A stretch of 64,000 bases of DNA from Tubiluchus corallicola (Eukaryota > Animalia > Priapulida), in contig JAQGDQ010000161.1 of NCBI GenBank assembly GCA_030141605.1, forward strand, positions 408,041 to 472,040, written 5' to 3'. Numbering within the stretch: the first letter of the stretch is position 1; every line of letters starts with the position of its first letter. Shown piece by piece: positions 62,401 through 64,000 of the stretch. Under the pieces are notes generated by a model. It ran no database searches and was not told the DNA's origin. It saw nothing but the letters and a program-made list of their open reading frames with translations. The position numbers and the translations under genes were made by a program.

Positions 62401-64000
62401 TCATCATTATCAACAGTGTTCATGTTTCATGCCAAATCATCCCAGAACTCACCACGAGGAGGTGGCTGCACTTGAGTTCCATCTAACTAACTTAATTAAA
62501 AATGATAATAAAAAATTACCTAAGAGATCGATTAAATAATTACCGTAATAAATTTGTCAAAAAACTAATCCAGCATTGCCTACTTGCAGTTGAAGTCTAA
62601 CTATGAAAGGAGAAAGGAACTGATGTTAAAAGAGCAATACTCACTAAAAGTTAGTAAGTCTATTGTTCTACATAATATACAATGTACTAACTTAGGTGTA
62701 ACATTCTAATCATGGCACGACGTGGTGGAACGATAAATGGTCACTACCATGATGTGAATATGAGTGATAAGATATAGTAGATGTAGGTAAACGTAAACAT
62801 ATTTAGATAAAGTATACATTGCGTTAAATTAGGTGCAACAACCTAATCATGGCACGACATGGTGGAATGATAAATGGTCACTACCACGATGTAAATATGA
62901 GTCATATGATATACCAAGTAATTTAAGTAAAACTAAACATATTAGACCTTACTTGCCTATTCTTTGTAAGTAAAGAGCTTGACCAAGGTCCCCATTTCTC
63001 TTCCCAGCCTTAATCAGCCTAGTAAAAGTTTAAATTATTTTCATTCAGTTTCATTTCTGCGAACTCGTATGGGCTGTGTGCAGCTCTTCGCATGATTTGG
63101 CATGAGGTTTTGGCCCCTAAGCTACCAACTGCCTAACTATGATAAATAATTATTGCAAAATTTTACATTTACATGCATTCTGCGCTACAATATCATCATC
63201 ATCATTATCAATAGTGTTCATGTTTCATGCCAAATCATCCCAGAACTCACCACAAGGAGGTGGCTGCACTTGAGTTCCATCTAACTAACTTAATTAAAAA
63301 TGATAATAAAAAATTACCTAAGAGATCGATTAAATAATTACCGTAATAAATTTGTCAAAAAACTAATCCAGCATTGCCTACTTGCAGTTGAAGTCTAACT
63401 ATGAAAGGAGAAAGGAACTGATGTTAAAGGAGCAATACTCGCTAAAAGTTAGTAAGTCTATTGTTCTACATAATATACAATGTACTAACTTAGGTGTAAC
63501 ATTCTAATCATGGCACGACGTGGTGGAACGATAAATGGTCACTACCATGATGTGAATATGAGTGATAAGATATAGTAGATGTAGGTAAACGTAAACATAT
63601 TTAGATAAAGTATACATTGCGTTAAATTAGGTGCAACAATCTAATCATGGCACGACATGGTGGAACGATAAATGGTCACTACCACGATGTAAATATGAGT
63701 CATATGATATACCAAGTAATTTAAGTAAAACTAAACATATTAGACCTTACTTGCCTATCCTTTGTAAGTAAAGAGCTTGACCAAGGTCCCCATTTCTCAT
63801 CCCAGCCTTAATCAGCCTAGTAAAAGTTTAAATTATTTTCATTCAGTTTCATTTCTGTGAACTCGTGTGGGCTGTGTGCAGCTCTTCGCATGATTTGGCA
63901 TGAGGTTTTGGCCCCTAAGCTACCAACTGCCTAACTATGATAAATAATTATCGCAAAATCTTACATGTGCATGCATTATGCCCAACAATATCATCATCAT
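59417..64000. repeat. ~800 bp tandem array, at least 5.8 near-identical units, running off the window end
   Basis: Units start with ACTTGCAGTTGAAG at 59417, 60188, 60992, 61786, 62582 and 63380. Each has an internal ~137 bp duplication, an inverted repeat and a variable (CAT)n tract. Confidence 0.98.

Noticed and set aside
59417-64000. Array of 5S rRNA, snRNA, spliced-leader or histone genes
   Set aside because: No recognisable 5S, U-snRNA, Sm-site-plus-leader or histone sequence in the unit by eye. An Infernal/Rfam scan would settle it.

Overview
AT-rich, intron-rich animal (invertebrate-like) genomic DNA; no prokaryotic features. Four protein-coding genes can be reconstructed by hand: an intronless CFAP221/PCDP1 (minus, 2490-5192) with an RFX X-box upstream, a 16-exon FAAH-type amidase (plus, 11088-21973), mitochondrial seryl-tRNA synthetase SARS2 (plus, about 25174-35969) and CARM1/PRMT4 (minus, 38987-50907). 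Three of the 42 reconstructed coding introns appear to use GC donors. Introns and intergenic DNA carry decayed LINEs (L2/CR1 group, RTE), Helentron/DINE-1-like non-autonomous elements with internal arrays, MITE-like palindromes, a family of tRNA-Thr-like cassettes arranged as inverted pairs, and many micro/minisatellites. The last 4.6 kb is a young ~800 bp tandem array that seems to be amplified from a compact gene with 40-55 nt introns. All exon models and counts were made by eye and need RNA-seq or homology confirmation.
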